DNA from: a virus | Lineage: Duplodnaviria > Caudoviricetes | Direction: 5' to 3' (one strand) | IMG/VR virus record: IMGVR_UViG_3300028797_000007 | Coordinates: 32,001 to 96,000 of that record | DNA length: 64,000 bases | In this document: positions 24,913 through 36,901 of the stretch, piece by piece | How the letters are laid out: every line of letters starts with the position of its first letter | Numbering within the stretch: the stretch's first letter is position 1 | Notes under the pieces: generated by a model | What the model saw: only the letters and a program-made list of their open reading frames with translations | Told to the model about the DNA's origin: nothing | Database searches by the model: none | Translations under genes and position numbers: made by a program

Positions 24913-25443
24913 TTAGTCTCTGTTATTTGGAATAGGGTCATTATCGTCCCCATTATGAATTGTTGGTCCTGGTTGATAATCCTGATTATTAGGATATTTT
25001 TCTAGACCACCAAAATTTCCAACAATACTTACTCTTTTATAAGTATATTCATGTAATGCTTTACGCATATCAGCTAAGTATTGTTGATATAAAACTGTTA
25101 AATTTCTCAAATTTTCATTTGGTGAATAAGTTTTAATACCCGCATCATAATATTGTTGTTCAATTTTTCTACTACTGTTTATATAACGTTCTAACCATAC
25201 AGGTTTCATACAAATGGCTAAAACCTCTATCTCATCATCAGTTAAAGTCTCGTAAAATACATGTGCTCTTTCATCTCTCTTTCTTAAATTATGTTCTGAA
25301 ATACGAGCAAAAGAATTAATAGCACTTAATAAAACAGGATAAAGTGCTATGTGCAATTTATCCTCGTCTAATGATGCCAAATACTCGTCTTCTATTTTAG
25401 CTAGAAAACGCATATATACATCATAATATTCTGTTATTTTCAT
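24913..25443 (-). CDS. Putative head-tail adaptor
   Basis: Intact ORF downstream of the MCP; LTDDEIEVLA...WLER...YSPNE pattern. Confidence 0.55.
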   Translation of the reverse strand: MKITEYYDVYMRFLAKIEDEYLASLDEDKLHIALYPVLLSAINSFARISEHNLRKRDERAHVFYETLTDDEIEVLAICMKPVWLERYINSSRKIEQQYYDAGIKTYSPNENLRNLTVLYQQYLADMRKALHEYTYKRVSIVGNFGGLEKYPNNQDYQPGPTIHNGDDNDPIPNNRD

Positions 25444-25859
25444 TATTTTGTTTTCTTAGATGATGTTTTCTTTGTAGTAGTTGTTTTTTTAGTTGCAGTC
25501 TTTGCGGCAGGAGCTACAGCCTTAGGTTCTTCAATAGTGATAATTTCTTCTTCTTCAGGTTCTTCTTCAATTTCTTCTGTTATTACAACAGCTGAGTAAT
25601 CTTCTCCTAAAAATTTAGCGATTTCTTCTTCAGTTAAACCCATTTCATATAGTTTATTTGCATCTATATTACTAATTCTAATCATTCCTTCATTAAAAAT
25701 AATTTTGCTAGCAGGATAATCTAAAATATCTTGTAAACTTGTCTCACTAATTCTAATTCTTCCCCCAAGACCAAAACGATAAGTTCTGTTTTGTGTGTCT
25801 TTTAAACCTACAGGTTGTCCTGAAATGTTTTCTAAAACAACTGTTCTCTCATTATTCAT
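25443..25859 (-). CDS. Hypothetical virion-associated protein
   Basis: Intact ORF with an acidic then Lys/Thr-rich tail. Confidence 0.65.
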   Translation of the reverse strand: MNNERTVVLENISGQPVGLKDTQNRTYRFGLGGRIRISETSLQDILDYPASKIIFNEGMIRISNIDANKLYEMGLTEEEIAKFLGEDYSAVVITEEIEEEPEEEEIITIEEPKAVAPAAKTATKKTTTTKKTSSKKTK

Positions 25860-25890
25860 TTGTCATTCCTCCTAAAAAATTGTAAAAAAA

Positions 25891-25926
25891 TTAAAGAGAA
25901 GGGACTTTCGGAAAAGTCCGTTCTCG
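25891..25926 (-). terminator. Intrinsic terminator after the major capsid gene
   Basis: GAGAAGGGACTTT/AAAGTCCGTTCTC hairpin. Confidence 0.65.
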
Positions 25927-25944
25927 TTTTATTACTAAGAAATA

Positions 25945-26970
25945 TTACATAGATGGATTGTCATCTAATTCAGTATTTCTGTAGATACCCCAGTAGTTAT
26001 TAGCTACTACTGCTACGTCAAACATATGTTGAGCAGATACTTCGATAGAACCATCTTGTAATCTTTGTTCATCGATTAAAGTTCCACCTTCAATACCAAT
26101 CTTAACTGGTTTTTCTTTACCAGCTGGCATAATATATGCATATTGGTCATCAATAGCTTTGATAGTATTACCTTCATCTTCAAAAGATTGAGTTAATAAT
26201 ACTACGTTAGTTCCTTTATAACGTCCAACATATCCTTGTTCTCTAACATCATCATAATCTCTTAATGATGTAACAGGATTAGCATCTCCAACCCATCCTG
26301 GTTGATTGAATAAGTATGAAGCGAATGCTTTAGTACAATAAATTGTAACACTGTCTCCATAAGCTTCTACAGTAGTGATAATTTTGTCGAATTCTTTTGC
26401 GTCAAATCCAGCAACTACAGCTTTGTTAGCAGCAGGTCTGTCTTCAGCGTTGATAGCAGCTTTTAAAGCTCCTTGAACTGTTTTATAGATACTGTCTGAT
26501 AATCCTTCGATTATGATATCCATTAATTCAGCCATATCAACACGTCCAGCTAAGAAATCTCCTAATTCTAAGATAGCTGCACCAGCGTATACTCTAGGAC
26601 TCATAGTGATGTCTCTAGTATCTACGTTGAATGTACGGTAAGTTCCGTATTCTCCAGCAACAGTAACGAATCTTTTACCACGTGTAACACCTGTTCTTTG
26701 TTTGAAAACTATTTTTTCTCCAACATTTACATGTTGTACTTCAGCGAATGAACCAAATTGAGCGATTACTTTTTTAGGAACAACAACGTTAGCGATTTCT
26801 TCGATTAATTGGAATAAAATATTTTTGTTAGCTCTATAATAACTATAGTTATTGAAAGCTTTTAATTCTTCTCTTAAAGTTTCGTTAACGTCAGCTAGAC
26901 TGTATTCTGCTGGAATGTTTTCTTTAGTAGCAGCAGCTACACCTAATTCAACTAATTTTTCTAATTCCAT
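25945..26970 (-). CDS. Major capsid protein
   Basis: 341 aa, strongest codon bias in the module, follows the scaffold/decoration genes and precedes a terminator. Confidence 0.85.
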   Translation of the reverse strand: MELEKLVELGVAAATKENIPAEYSLADVNETLREELKAFNNYSYYRANKNILFQLIEEIANVVVPKKVIAQFGSFAEVQHVNVGEKIVFKQRTGVTRGKRFVTVAGEYGTYRTFNVDTRDITMSPRVYAGAAILELGDFLAGRVDMAELMDIIIEGLSDSIYKTVQGALKAAINAEDRPAANKAVVAGFDAKEFDKIITTVEAYGDSVTIYCTKAFASYLFNQPGWVGDANPVTSLRDYDDVREQGYVGRYKGTNVVLLTQSFEDEGNTIKAIDDQYAYIMPAGKEKPVKIGIEGGTLIDEQRLQDGSIEVSAQHMFDVAVVANNYWGIYRNTELDDNPSM

Positions 26971-26988
26971 AGTCTTGTCCCTCCTTTA

Positions 26989-27492
26989 TTATGCGATAAC
27001 TCTATAAGTAGCACCGATTGTACCAGCTGGTACTGTTTCTAATGCACTACTTTCTATAACCATGATTTTATGAGAACCGAAAGTGAAAGTTGTTCCTTTA
27101 GCTAATTTGCTAGTGATAATTCCTTTTCCAGCGTTAAAATCAAAGTTAGTAGTAAAGATATCTCCTATTGTTAATTTGTATAATCTTGGTAAATAAGCTT
27201 CACCAAAAATTTCGTAATCGTCGTTTACTTGGTAAATAAAGTTTTCCATTCCACTTTTTCCATCTTCGTATCTACGAGGATTAGAGAAATGTAAGTACAT
27301 AGCGTCAACACATTTATTAGCTGTATATGATTTAACAATTGTATTGTCTTCAGCATTTATGAAAACGATTGCACCATTTTCTAATGAGTATCCGTCAGCA
27401 GCGAATGCTTCTCCTAATTTGCATTGAGCTTCGATTTCACCAGTTTTTCTACTAGCTACTTTGTTTAACTCAGCAACTGCGTATTTTGCCAT
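26989..27492 (-). CDS. Capsid decoration/auxiliary protein
   Basis: Intact ORF between protease and MCP; LENG and GDIFTTN motifs. Confidence 0.6.
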   Translation of the reverse strand: MAKYAVAELNKVASRKTGEIEAQCKLGEAFAADGYSLENGAIVFINAEDNTIVKSYTANKCVDAMYLHFSNPRRYEDGKSGMENFIYQVNDDYEIFGEAYLPRLYKLTIGDIFTTNFDFNAGKGIITSKLAKGTTFTFGSHKIMVIESSALETVPAGTIGATYRVIA

Positions 27493-27510
27493 ATAAATGT
27501 ACCTCCTTAA

Positions 27511-28818
27511 TTATTTATTTGCCTTGTGGCGTTTTACTAAATCCCAAGCACCATTTCCTAAACTATTGTCTGCAATATTAATATTTAGACTAAAGTTAGC
27601 ATCAGTATCTGTAGATTCAGTTTCTTCAGCAGATAATTGTTCAACTAAAGCTTGACCTAGTTCATTCTTAATTTCGTCAAGTGAACGTTCATCTACTTCG
27701 TTTGTTAATTTTTCAATTAACTCATCGTTCTCTAACTTAGTAGAGAATTTGTTTATAATTTCTAATTTTTCTTTTTTTGTGTATTTATTTAATGAACTTA
27801 AAGCGTCATTAAGCTTGTTTTCTAATGATTCGTATTTTGCTTTATAATCAGCTAATTCTGCTTCTAAAGCTGAATAATCTTTTTCCTTATTGCAAGCATT
27901 TTCGCATACACAAGGATTTTTACCGCATTCTGGACATTCTTCTTCGTCTTCTTCTTCATCTTCGTCTTCCTTAGATGCAAATTCAGATTCTTCAGTAACG
28001 TCCTCTACAGTCTCTACAACTTCAGTTTCTTCAGCAGATTCTTCTTCAGCTTCAACCTCAACTTCTTCAGTTGATTCAGTTTCAGTTTCAACTTCAGTTT
28101 CTACTGTTTCAGTAGCTTCTACTTCTGTTTCAACAACTTCAGTAGCTTCTTCTTCAACTGGATTAGTAGTAACTTCTGGTTCTACAATTTCAGTAATATC
28201 TTCCATAATATTTTTACCTCCTTCATTATTTTTCTGTGTGTTCTCAACAAACATGGCGTAAGCACTTACCATGTTACTAAATGCTGTAATGAATTGAGCA
28301 TCTTCAAAGCAAGGTTCTACATCATCACCTAAAACTGTAATACCTGCAAATTCTGCATAAGTTACCCTGTAATAAGTAATAGAGCCTCTTCTTTCAAATG
28401 TTCCTTTCATTGTATTAGGATTTAATTCCATAGATAAATGTTTTTCATTCTTAAGAATGTCTTGAGCTTCTTCAAAACGTCCATCCCAAATAACAACATC
28501 TACTTCTAGATATTCTTTATCAGAACCGTCTTGTTTAACTCAAACCGCATGTGGTTCTAGTGGAATAAAACCAAAAGCACTTGGATTACTCTCATGCCCT
28601 TCGAAATCGTTAGTCTCATAATTGAATGTTCCAATTACTGGAGTACCAGGAATTGTAGATGCTAATTGCTCAGCAACTTCACCTTCAATGATAGAACGGT
28701 TTCTATTTATTCCTTTGTAAAAAATACGAGCTCTTCCCATTGAGAATACACTATTGATTTTGTTAGGAGTACCTAATAAATCAACTGAAAAGGTTGCATA
28801 CTTATGTAATTCATTCAT
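27511..28818 (-). CDS. Prohead protease-scaffold fusion (TGA=Trp)
   Basis: 28540..28818 and 27511..28431 joined across TGA at 28540; NRNRS...GH...SMEL...GITVLG.DVEPCFE protease domain plus Glu-rich coiled coil. Confidence 0.8.
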
Positions 28819-28830
28819 TGTAGCTCCCTC

Positions 28831-30420
28831 CTATAAACTCGCTTCCTTCGTTATAGTTGAATCTTTCTTCTCATTATCGTCCAATTCTGGGCGTCCATTC
28901 TTCTTGTCACTGGCTTCTTGTGCTTCAATGTTACCAGTTTTAGTTTGACCATTTGCTTTAATGTCGGATTTATTGCTCATGGTATGTGAACTTTGTAGGG
29001 GAACAAGTTTACTATCCAAGTCAAGAATGTCGTTCTCAAAAGCAGTAAGTGATTCTATATAACGTTGTTTAACTCCCAAAGCTACTTGAGGTACAATTTT
29101 GGAGAATCCATATTGAGCTCCTTCAAGATAACTTTTCATCATTTCCTCTCTATCCTTATAGGAAGTATCTAAAAATGAAAATACAAATTTGCTATTTTTT
29201 ATGATTTTCTTTTGGCAAACTGCGCCTAAATAGAAATTAAACCAAATAGCAATTTGTTCACGAAGTTTCCACATGAATATAGCATCTCTACGTTGAGACT
29301 CTTTCAATGTACCTGCTGATGTAGAATTAAATAATTCAGCAGATACCCCAGCATCATCGTAAAATTGGTCGTAATAAGTTTCCAAGAATTCATAATTTTT
29401 TGTAGCATCTCCTGTTTCACCTAACGATAAAACATCAATTTCTTTAGCCAATGTAGTAATAGCGTCAACATTATTCTTTTTAGCAGCAACGGCTTTTAAA
29501 TTCTTATGGAATTCAGCAGCTAACTCTAAATCTATTTCTGGGTTTCCTTCTTTGTCTATATCAATTAATTGAACTAATAATTTAGTTAAATTGGTAGAAA
29601 TATAATCATCTTTTAATGGTTCTAACATTTGTATACGAGCTATTTCTTTAATTAGAAAAGCAAAAGGTGGACGTCCATCTGATGTCGTAAATGCTATACC
29701 ATTTTCTACCGGTACAATAAACCATTGATTTATTGATTTACCATTTTTATATTCTTTATAAGCTGAACGAATTGCTTTAGGATATTGCTTTAATACTTCG
29801 TCCATTGTTAATAAATTATCTTTAGTCATTTCAGCCATAGCTACATCAATGAAAGTTAGGTCTACTGCAAATATATTAATTGATGGAGTTCCTGCAGTAC
29901 CAATTATTTTACAATAATCTGTAGGTAATTTTATCGTTTTAAAATACGAATTGGCCCCTTTTTTATATTCTTCATTATAATAATAAGTCTCACCTTCAAT
30001 TAACATATCTAATAAAGCATGACTAGTAAAGTTTTCTACTTCAATATCCTCATCTAATGTTCTTAAGGCTGCATTATAATCTTTCATTAACTTTTTCTTG
30101 TTTACTTTTTTATCGTCTAATATCGGAGATATAATATATGAATTATAATATATATAAGCAAAATATTCTAATAGTCTACGATATAATGGATGAGCAAAGT
30201 AAACTCTAGAAAATTTTCTTCAAGCTTTTACATCACTATAAGGTGTTTTTAAAACATCTTCTGGTTTAATAGGAATTTCCACTCTACGACCTTTAGTTAA
30301 AGCAGAGCCTTGAGGAATTTCTATAGTACCATTTTTAACAGCTGTACCCATTGCTTGAATAGATTTTCTAAATTCGGTTAAATATTCTTTTGTATAACTA
30401 GTAAATTTTTCTTTATCCAT
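28831..30420 (-). CDS. Portal protein (TGA=Trp)
   Basis: 30220..30420 and 28831..30087 joined across one TGA; follows TerL; C-terminal PLQSSHT...GRP. Confidence 0.8.
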
Positions 30421-30437
30421 TTGCTACTTTTCACCTC

Positions 30438-32195
30438 CTAATTTAAAAAACTATATTGACCTTTACTCCAATCTCGATTTTTCTTTTCTCTTTCTGTTTC
30501 TTCTACTTGATTTATATAATATAAACCATATACAAAAGCAGAAACCAAGTCTTTTCGAGTATGGCTATTGATACGAGTTAGCACTATAGTACTATTTGTA
30601 TCTAAATTGGCTTTTAAATTAGATAACTGGTCTTGTAACTTAGTCGTTTGAGCATATGGAATAAGTTTATTTGCTTGTTGAACTGGGTTCATCTTATTCC
30701 AAGTTTTATATTGACTGAAATATCTACGTGCTTGTCGTTCATTTAATAGTAGAGAAACACGTTTTAGACTCAAAATAATGTGAGCATTTGTATAAATTTC
30801 ACTATTTAAGCCTCGATTTGCTTCAATTCCGAACAATTTTCGCACATTTTCACGTTTTTCTGTACTAGAATACTTAGTTTTATTTAAAAAACCATAAGGA
30901 CTATAATAAATACCGTTTAATTCTTGTTCATCAATCATATAATCGGCAAGTCCAGCACCATTACCATTAATATCCATTACGATTGCTTTAAAGTCAAACT
31001 CTAAATCTAATTGTTTAAGCATTGCAGCCTGGTCTCTGAAGTGAGTCCCATTTAAAATCTTGATATTTACTAGGTGAATCTTATAACGTTCACCATCAGT
31101 ATAAACCTTAAATACCATCGCAACAGTTTGGTCGCCTTCAAATCTTGCAACGTCGACAGCACATACATAAAAACCTTTAAAGTCTTTTTCTCTTTTAAAC
31201 TCAGGTCTTACAAGATTACGACATTTACTAATTTGAGTATAGGAATAATAACTATCTTCGCTACCGCCAGTCCATACAGACATATATTCACGTAAAAATG
31301 ATTCAAGCTTATATGAAGATGCCTGTAATTTATCTTTTACTTTATCTACAGATAATAATCCGTGCATTACAGGTATTCTATAATCTCCACCAAAACAAAA
31401 TGCTTTGTCTGGTTCTAATGCCATATCAACTAATGTCTCTAATGTTCTATCATGAGCATAGGTTCCTTTATACCCCGCTGTAGTAATCATAGTTTGTGCA
31501 GCATGTGGTTCTGTCGGATTTAATAATCCAGCAACAGTTCTACGGTCAACATTCATCAATGGAATGATTACTTCGTTAACTGCATCACCATCCATCATGG
31601 CAAACTCTTCAAGTGTACCCCAATGTCTACGACCACCACGTCCAGCGTTACCAGTATTAACGATATCTATTTGACTATCATTACGGAATTTAAGTTCAGC
31701 ATAATCTGAACCCATATTACCATATTTCTTTTTCATCTTATCAATATCACTTATATTAAGTTCATTAACTAAAAAAGGAAATAAACGATAAATTTCATTA
31801 GTCTTTTCTTCTACGATTTGTGCCGCTTGCTTTTTTGTATCAGCACAAGTGAATCCTTTACTTCGCGGTTGCATAATTCCACGAATATTCATATCCAAGA
31901 AATCTAGAAATGACTTTGAATACGCACGAGGAAATGTTCCAGAAACCTCTCTAAAACGCATACATACTCTTAAAAATATTCTTTGATAAAAATATAATTT
32001 AAAGAATGAGTCAGCTGGAGTAATAACATCAATTAAATAATCAGGATATAAAGTAAATAATGTTACCATATCCTCGAATCATTCTCTATTATCTTCAACA
32101 TACTGAGGTGTTATAACTATTTGCGCCATATCATTTCTTTCTTGGAAAGTATTATAATACTTGTCTAATATTTCGTCAATACTATTTGAATTCAT
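30438..32195 (-). CDS. terL: Terminase large subunit (TGA=Trp)
   Basis: ATG at 32195, TGA at codon 39; PRAYSKS Walker A, RGGRR, LEEF Walker B, ITTA coupling motif, VDVAR nuclease Asp, RKD. Confidence 0.9.
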
Positions 32196-33177
32196 TTTCT
32201 ACTTGTTGGAACATATTTTCTAATTCTAATTCATTCATAGGGTCTTCTAATTCCATACCTTCTTCTTCGGATTCTGAGTATAATTGTTCTATATCTTCAT
32301 CAGTTATATCTGTACCCGCCTCTGAATTTAGTGCTTTAGCATTATACATCTCATTAACAGTCTCGCTAGAGTCCGTAAATAATCTACGAACATATTGTTG
32401 CATATTTTCTATTGTTTTATCAACTATATCTCTATTTTCAGATATTTTGTAATTTAATAAAAAGCCTGTTTTTTCTAAATATGCGACTAATTCACTTAAA
32501 CTTTCTATTGTATTTTCATTAGAAGATGTTTGAGTACTTATACCCAACTCTTTCATAAGTGCATTATAACTTTGAAGAACTGTAGTAGCTTCTTTGTTAT
32601 CTCCATTTGCAATACAATGGTCTGATATAGCAGAGAGCTTAGCTAGTTTTCTTACCATATCTCTTCTAGCTTCATCTTTAAATGGATAATGACTTAATGT
32701 ATGTCTTTCATATTCTTCCATTCTCATGTATTCTTCAAGAGTAAAACCATCTATGTGTCCTCATTTTTTTCTTAAGTACATAAGTAAATCTGAATGAATA
32801 GCAGTTAATTCATCTAATACACTATTGTACTCTCTACATTTTTCCCACATCTTATTGTATTGAAACCAATTATTATCAGCATATTTACCATTAGTCATTT
32901 CCTGACAATAATCTATAAGTAATGGGCCTAACTTCTCATACTTCTTTTCCATTTCTATTCATTTATTAGCATCATATGGTAAATCTAGGAATTGACATAA
33001 CTTATCAATTGAAGCTAAATCTTTTCTATCTATTTTTTGAGCTATGCATTCAATACAAGTATAACTTATTCCTTTTATTCCATAAAGAGATGAATTAGAA
33101 GTTGGAAGATACATGTCCAGTTTCTGTTTTTTACCACATTCTGGACAAATTCTATATTGTTCATTCATAAAATCCAT
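32182..33177 (-). CDS. Zn-finger protein, possible terminase small subunit (TGA=Trp)
   Basis: Three track ORFs in one frame joined across TGA at 32959 and 32761; CPECG...CIEC; directly upstream of TerL. Confidence 0.65.
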
Positions 33178-33182
33178 TCCTC

Positions 33183-34346
33183 CTATAGTTTAGTTGCTTT
33201 CTTAGATGCTTTTCTCAATTCTCTCTCTTTTCTTCTCTCCTCTTTAGCCATTTTATTTTCATAAACGCAATCTTTACAAATTTCCTTAAATGTCCCATCT
33301 TGATATTTGCCAAAATTTAATTCATGTGCGTATAGTTGTCTTCCACATTGTGGACATATTTTCCATTTAGTCATGTTTTCTAATGTACCATTAGGTCTAT
33401 GTGTTCTTTCTTCCCATCATAAATATGCTTGCTTAGCAATTTGTTTTGTAATATGTTGTTTCCATATTGTGCTGATATAATTAACACTATATGTTTTACC
33501 ACCCATTTTTTCTAAATCACTAACAATTTGTTCATTTGGTACATGATTAATTTTTTCTTCTAAAATTAATTTATGTTCAGGTGAAAATCTAGTTCTTTCA
33601 ATTAATTCATCTAAGAAATTATACATTTCTCACCATGGATGGAATGGATTATCTGTAGTCTTAGCTTTCATTCCTGAATAATATTTCAACATGGCATGTA
33701 TATGTTTCCAATTACCATAATCTACTTGCATCTCATAATCACATAAAACATGTGGTCCTATACACATTCCTATATAGTCTGGTTTTTCTGTATGAGAAGG
33801 AAGAACTCCAGTATTTCCTACTGGTGGTCTATAACTATCTTTAAGTAAGAATTGTTCTCTTCTTAAATCTATCATTCATTCTCTTAAAAAATATTTAGTT
33901 TGATATGTTGGAACTAATTTTCTATTAGGGTCCATATCTCTTTTACCTTCTAATACTTCACGACAATATTGATATTGCTCAGATATTAAATCTATAGCTT
34001 CCCATAAATCTTTCATAAAAGGTATATCTGCATCTTTTTCTCTATCTATTGTTGGTCTAGGAACTCTATATATTGATACTTCTTGACTTTTTTGTACAGT
34101 AGCTTCTCCTAATGCAGTTTCTATTAATGTCTCATAACTTACTTTCTTTTTACTCCCTTCTTTCAATTCTACTTCTGCATCTACATCTTCTGCATATAAA
34201 AGATAATTTGCTACTTTGTCTAATTCAGAAGGAGGACATAAAGATAATAATCCTTGCTCATCTAAAAAATTAACTAATCCTAATCTTTCTTGATAAGCTT
34301 GTAAGTTAAAGTCTAAATAACTTGCAATCTTCATTTTTACCTCCAT
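33183..34346 (-). CDS. Hypothetical protein with C-terminal HTH-like region and Zn ribbon (TGA=Trp)
   Basis: Four track ORFs in one frame joined across TGA at 33876, 33630 and 33417; CPQCG...CKDC. Confidence 0.7.
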
Positions 34347-34367
34347 ATTTCATTTATCTATATGTAT

Positions 34368-34394
34368 TATATCATGAATTTACTAGTTTGTCAA
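34368..34394 (-). promoter_or_regulatory. Sigma-A-type promoter heading the packaging/structural operon
   Basis: Minus strand TTGACA-N-TGATAAT upstream of 34346; divergent plus-strand TTGACA promoter at about 34530. Confidence 0.6.
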
Positions 34395-34583
34395 TAGGAA
34401 AGTTAAATTTTTTTAATTTTTTTATCTTTACAAAAAATAATATAATATATATAATATAATTAATATAATTTATAAATATATTAGATAGTCGTCGACGGAG
34501 CCAAAAAATAAAAAAGTTTTAGTTTTAAGTTGACAAACGCTTTCATTGAATGATAAACTGTATTCAGAAAAGGAGAGAGACCC

Positions 34584-35042
34584 ATGAAAATAATGATTTC
34601 CACATTCCACAATATTAGAAACTTTACACCAAACATGATTCCGGTTAGTACGGCAATATGGGACCCTAAATGGTTTCATGACTTTAGTCACCCCACCCAT
34701 GTGTTCAAAGATAAAAAGGGTGTATACAATGGGTTAAGGTATTTAAGTCTTGCGCCAGGTCTTACTTGTGAAGGATTGTGTAGAGGTCCGGAAGATTGTG
34801 GCAATAAACCACCACATTGTCCTTTCCTTACAGCATATAGAAAACAATTGGATAATATAAACTTTACTACCATGGTTAATGAGTTAGAGGCCATGGGAAC
34901 TGCAATTAAAAAACATGAGGGGTTCAAGGAAGACCCAATAATAGTTTTACTAGTTTATGAGAAACCAGATAATCCATGTAGTGAACGCTGGCCATTAAAA
35001 GATTGGTTCACAGAGCATGGTTTAGAATTAGAGGAGGTATAA
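34584..35042 (+). CDS. DUF488-like protein
   Basis: LAP...Y..QL...IVLLVYEKP..CSER pattern. Confidence 0.55.
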   Translation: MKIMISTFHNIRNFTPNMIPVSTAIWDPKWFHDFSHPTHVFKDKKGVYNGLRYLSLAPGLTCEGLCRGPEDCGNKPPHCPFLTAYRKQLDNINFTTMVNELEAMGTAIKKHEGFKEDPIIVLLVYEKPDNPCSERWPLKDWFTEHGLELEEV

Positions 35043-35043
35043 A

Positions 35044-35397
35044 ATGATTTGAGTAATAGGTATAGTTTGTTTCTTTTTCGGTTTTGTGTTTGGAATACTA
35101 ATGACTTTTAATAGTTTTAAGGAAAGATATAGTAATTGGAAGCCAATTTCAATGAGAGTAATATCAAAATCTACTGAATTAGAATATCATGCAGATAGAT
35201 ATAAATTTTCTATGGAAGATAATACTCCATATTTAAGAATATATAACATTGATAGATTTGAATGGTTCCCAATATGGCATTTTAAGAACCCATATTTAAT
35301 AATGATGGCAGTAGACCCAGATTATGCTAAAAATAATATGATGAGTTTATTTAGCATGGGAACTATTGAAAAGTTGACAGACTCTAATAAAAAATAA
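35044..35397 (+). CDS. Membrane-anchored hypothetical protein (TGA=Trp at codon 3)
   Basis: GAGGAGG RBS, then ATG ATT TGA GTA...; hydrophobic N-terminus in frame with the track ORF. Confidence 0.65.
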
Positions 35398-35433
35398 TAT
35401 AATATAATTGTAAATAAAGAAAGAAGGTATAAT

Positions 35434-35763
35434 ATGATAGAGATATTGGCTTTTTTAGAGAATAATCCACAATACACAAACATTGATATATTATATTCAT
35501 ATAAATTACCTGAAAATACAAAAGAAATTTCGCACATCTATTTTAATCGCGGTAACTGGTCATTATGTGTCACTGCACCACATAGCGGCAACGGCGGAAG
35601 GTTTCTCCTTCGCGCCAATCCCACTGCTACGCTAGATAGATGGTCCACTGCTGTCTATGAGATACTGCTAGATAGCTGGGAAGATGTGTGCAGGGACTTA
35701 GATTATGAAAATTATCAATATGATGTGGCCGGAATGGAAGTAGAAGAAGATTTTTGAAATTAA
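35434..35763 (+). CDS. Hypothetical protein
   Basis: Track ORF; its terminal TGA is followed by AAT TAA. Confidence 0.6.
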
Positions 35764-35859
35764 AATGTGTTTTAAAAGTTTACAAACGCTTAAAATTTTG
35801 ATATAATTAAATTGTAAAAAATAAAAAAGAAAAATTATTTTTTACGGGAGGGACAGTCT

Positions 35860-36054
35860 ATGATAACAAAATCTATCGTAACTAAAACAATAGAAATGTT
35901 GGAAGATTATATGGACGCTATGACGGCTAAGGTTAAATTCTTAGCAAATGCCGACCGCCCAGAGATGGATAAACAAATCGCTGAGGCGCAAAGTCTATTA
36001 AACTTCTGGAGATTGTACTCAAACTTTTTACCAGAGGAGGACGATGTATGTTAG
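35860..36054 (+). CDS. Hypothetical protein
   Basis: Own promoter and GGGAGG RBS. Confidence 0.6.
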   Translation: MITKSIVTKTIEMLEDYMDAMTAKVKFLANADRPEMDKQIAEAQSLLNFWRLYSNFLPEEDDVC

Positions 36055-36191
36055 CAGGTCTAGCGCATGGATTTGGTTTTATGTTCGGCGCGTTAATTTG
36101 TTACACAATTTACGATATTATATTCACCCTTATCGCCAGACACGCCGAAAAGACTGCAGCCGCTAAACGCAAAAAGCGTCGTAGAAATTAA
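36048..36191 (+). CDS. Small membrane peptide with basic tail, 47 aa
   Basis: GAGGAGG RBS; MLAGLAHGFGFMFGALICYTIYDIIFTLIARHAEKTAAAKRKKRRRN. Confidence 0.5.
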   Translation: MLAGLAHGFGFMFGALICYTIYDIIFTLIARHAEKTAAAKRKKRRRN

Positions 36192-36374
36192 TTTTTCGCG
36201 TACGCTCTTTCGCGTAAATTGTTTACAGAAGGTCCAAAAATATTTTATAATTAATTTGTAAAAATAAAAAAAAGAAAAAAAATATTTTTACGAATGGCGC
36301 GCAATGTATACTGCATTCGCCTTTCACCCTTTGAGTGCAGTATATGCGACGCAGCAATAGGAGGAACAAAAATT

Positions 36375-36593
36375 ATGACACCAAAATATGTAGTTTATGA
36401 ATGCGAAGAATGTGGAAAATTATTCTACAGAGAAGTAGCAGAAGTTTTAGTTGACGACGCAGAACATTGTGAAGTTAATGTTCGTTTAATCAACGACGCA
36501 AATGGCGAATTAGAAGAATTCCCAATGTGCGATTGCTTAGGGGGAGCAGAAGTTCATATGACAGATTTAATTCCCTCAAACTACGAAAAATAA
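36375..36593 (+). CDS. Small Zn-ribbon protein
   Basis: AGGAGG RBS before ATG 36375; CEECG and CDC. Confidence 0.6.
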   Translation: MTPKYVVYECEECGKLFYREVAEVLVDDAEHCEVNVRLINDANGELEEFPMCDCLGGAEVHMTDLIPSNYEK

Positions 36594-36901
36594 TACTGAC
36601 AGAGATGTCATATACATAGATGCGACGCAATATGTGGGCATAGTAGCTAATTCCCCCCTTCACCCTGGGGAGTTGGCGAACATGCTCATAGACCCCGCAT
36701 CTGTAACATCCGCACAGCTTTTGGGATACGGAGACTTGGACGGAACCAAGTGCCCAGTTGTGCGTCTATTTTATAATAACGGTTTAGCCGAAGATGTTTA
36801 TGATGTTAGACATACTTGGGCGAAGTAAGCACTCAACACCGCGCACCTTTCACCCTTTGTGCGGCGCAGTGCTTATTTTTTTGAAAAAAGCGAGGTGCAA
36901 A

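Noticed and set aside
726-32452. Plus-strand short ORFs across the structural module
   Set aside because: Antisense shadows of long minus-strand genes
656-34346. Pseudogenised (decayed prophage) structural genes
   Set aside because: Every break is an in-frame TGA with no frameshifts or TAA/TAG, which indicates recoding
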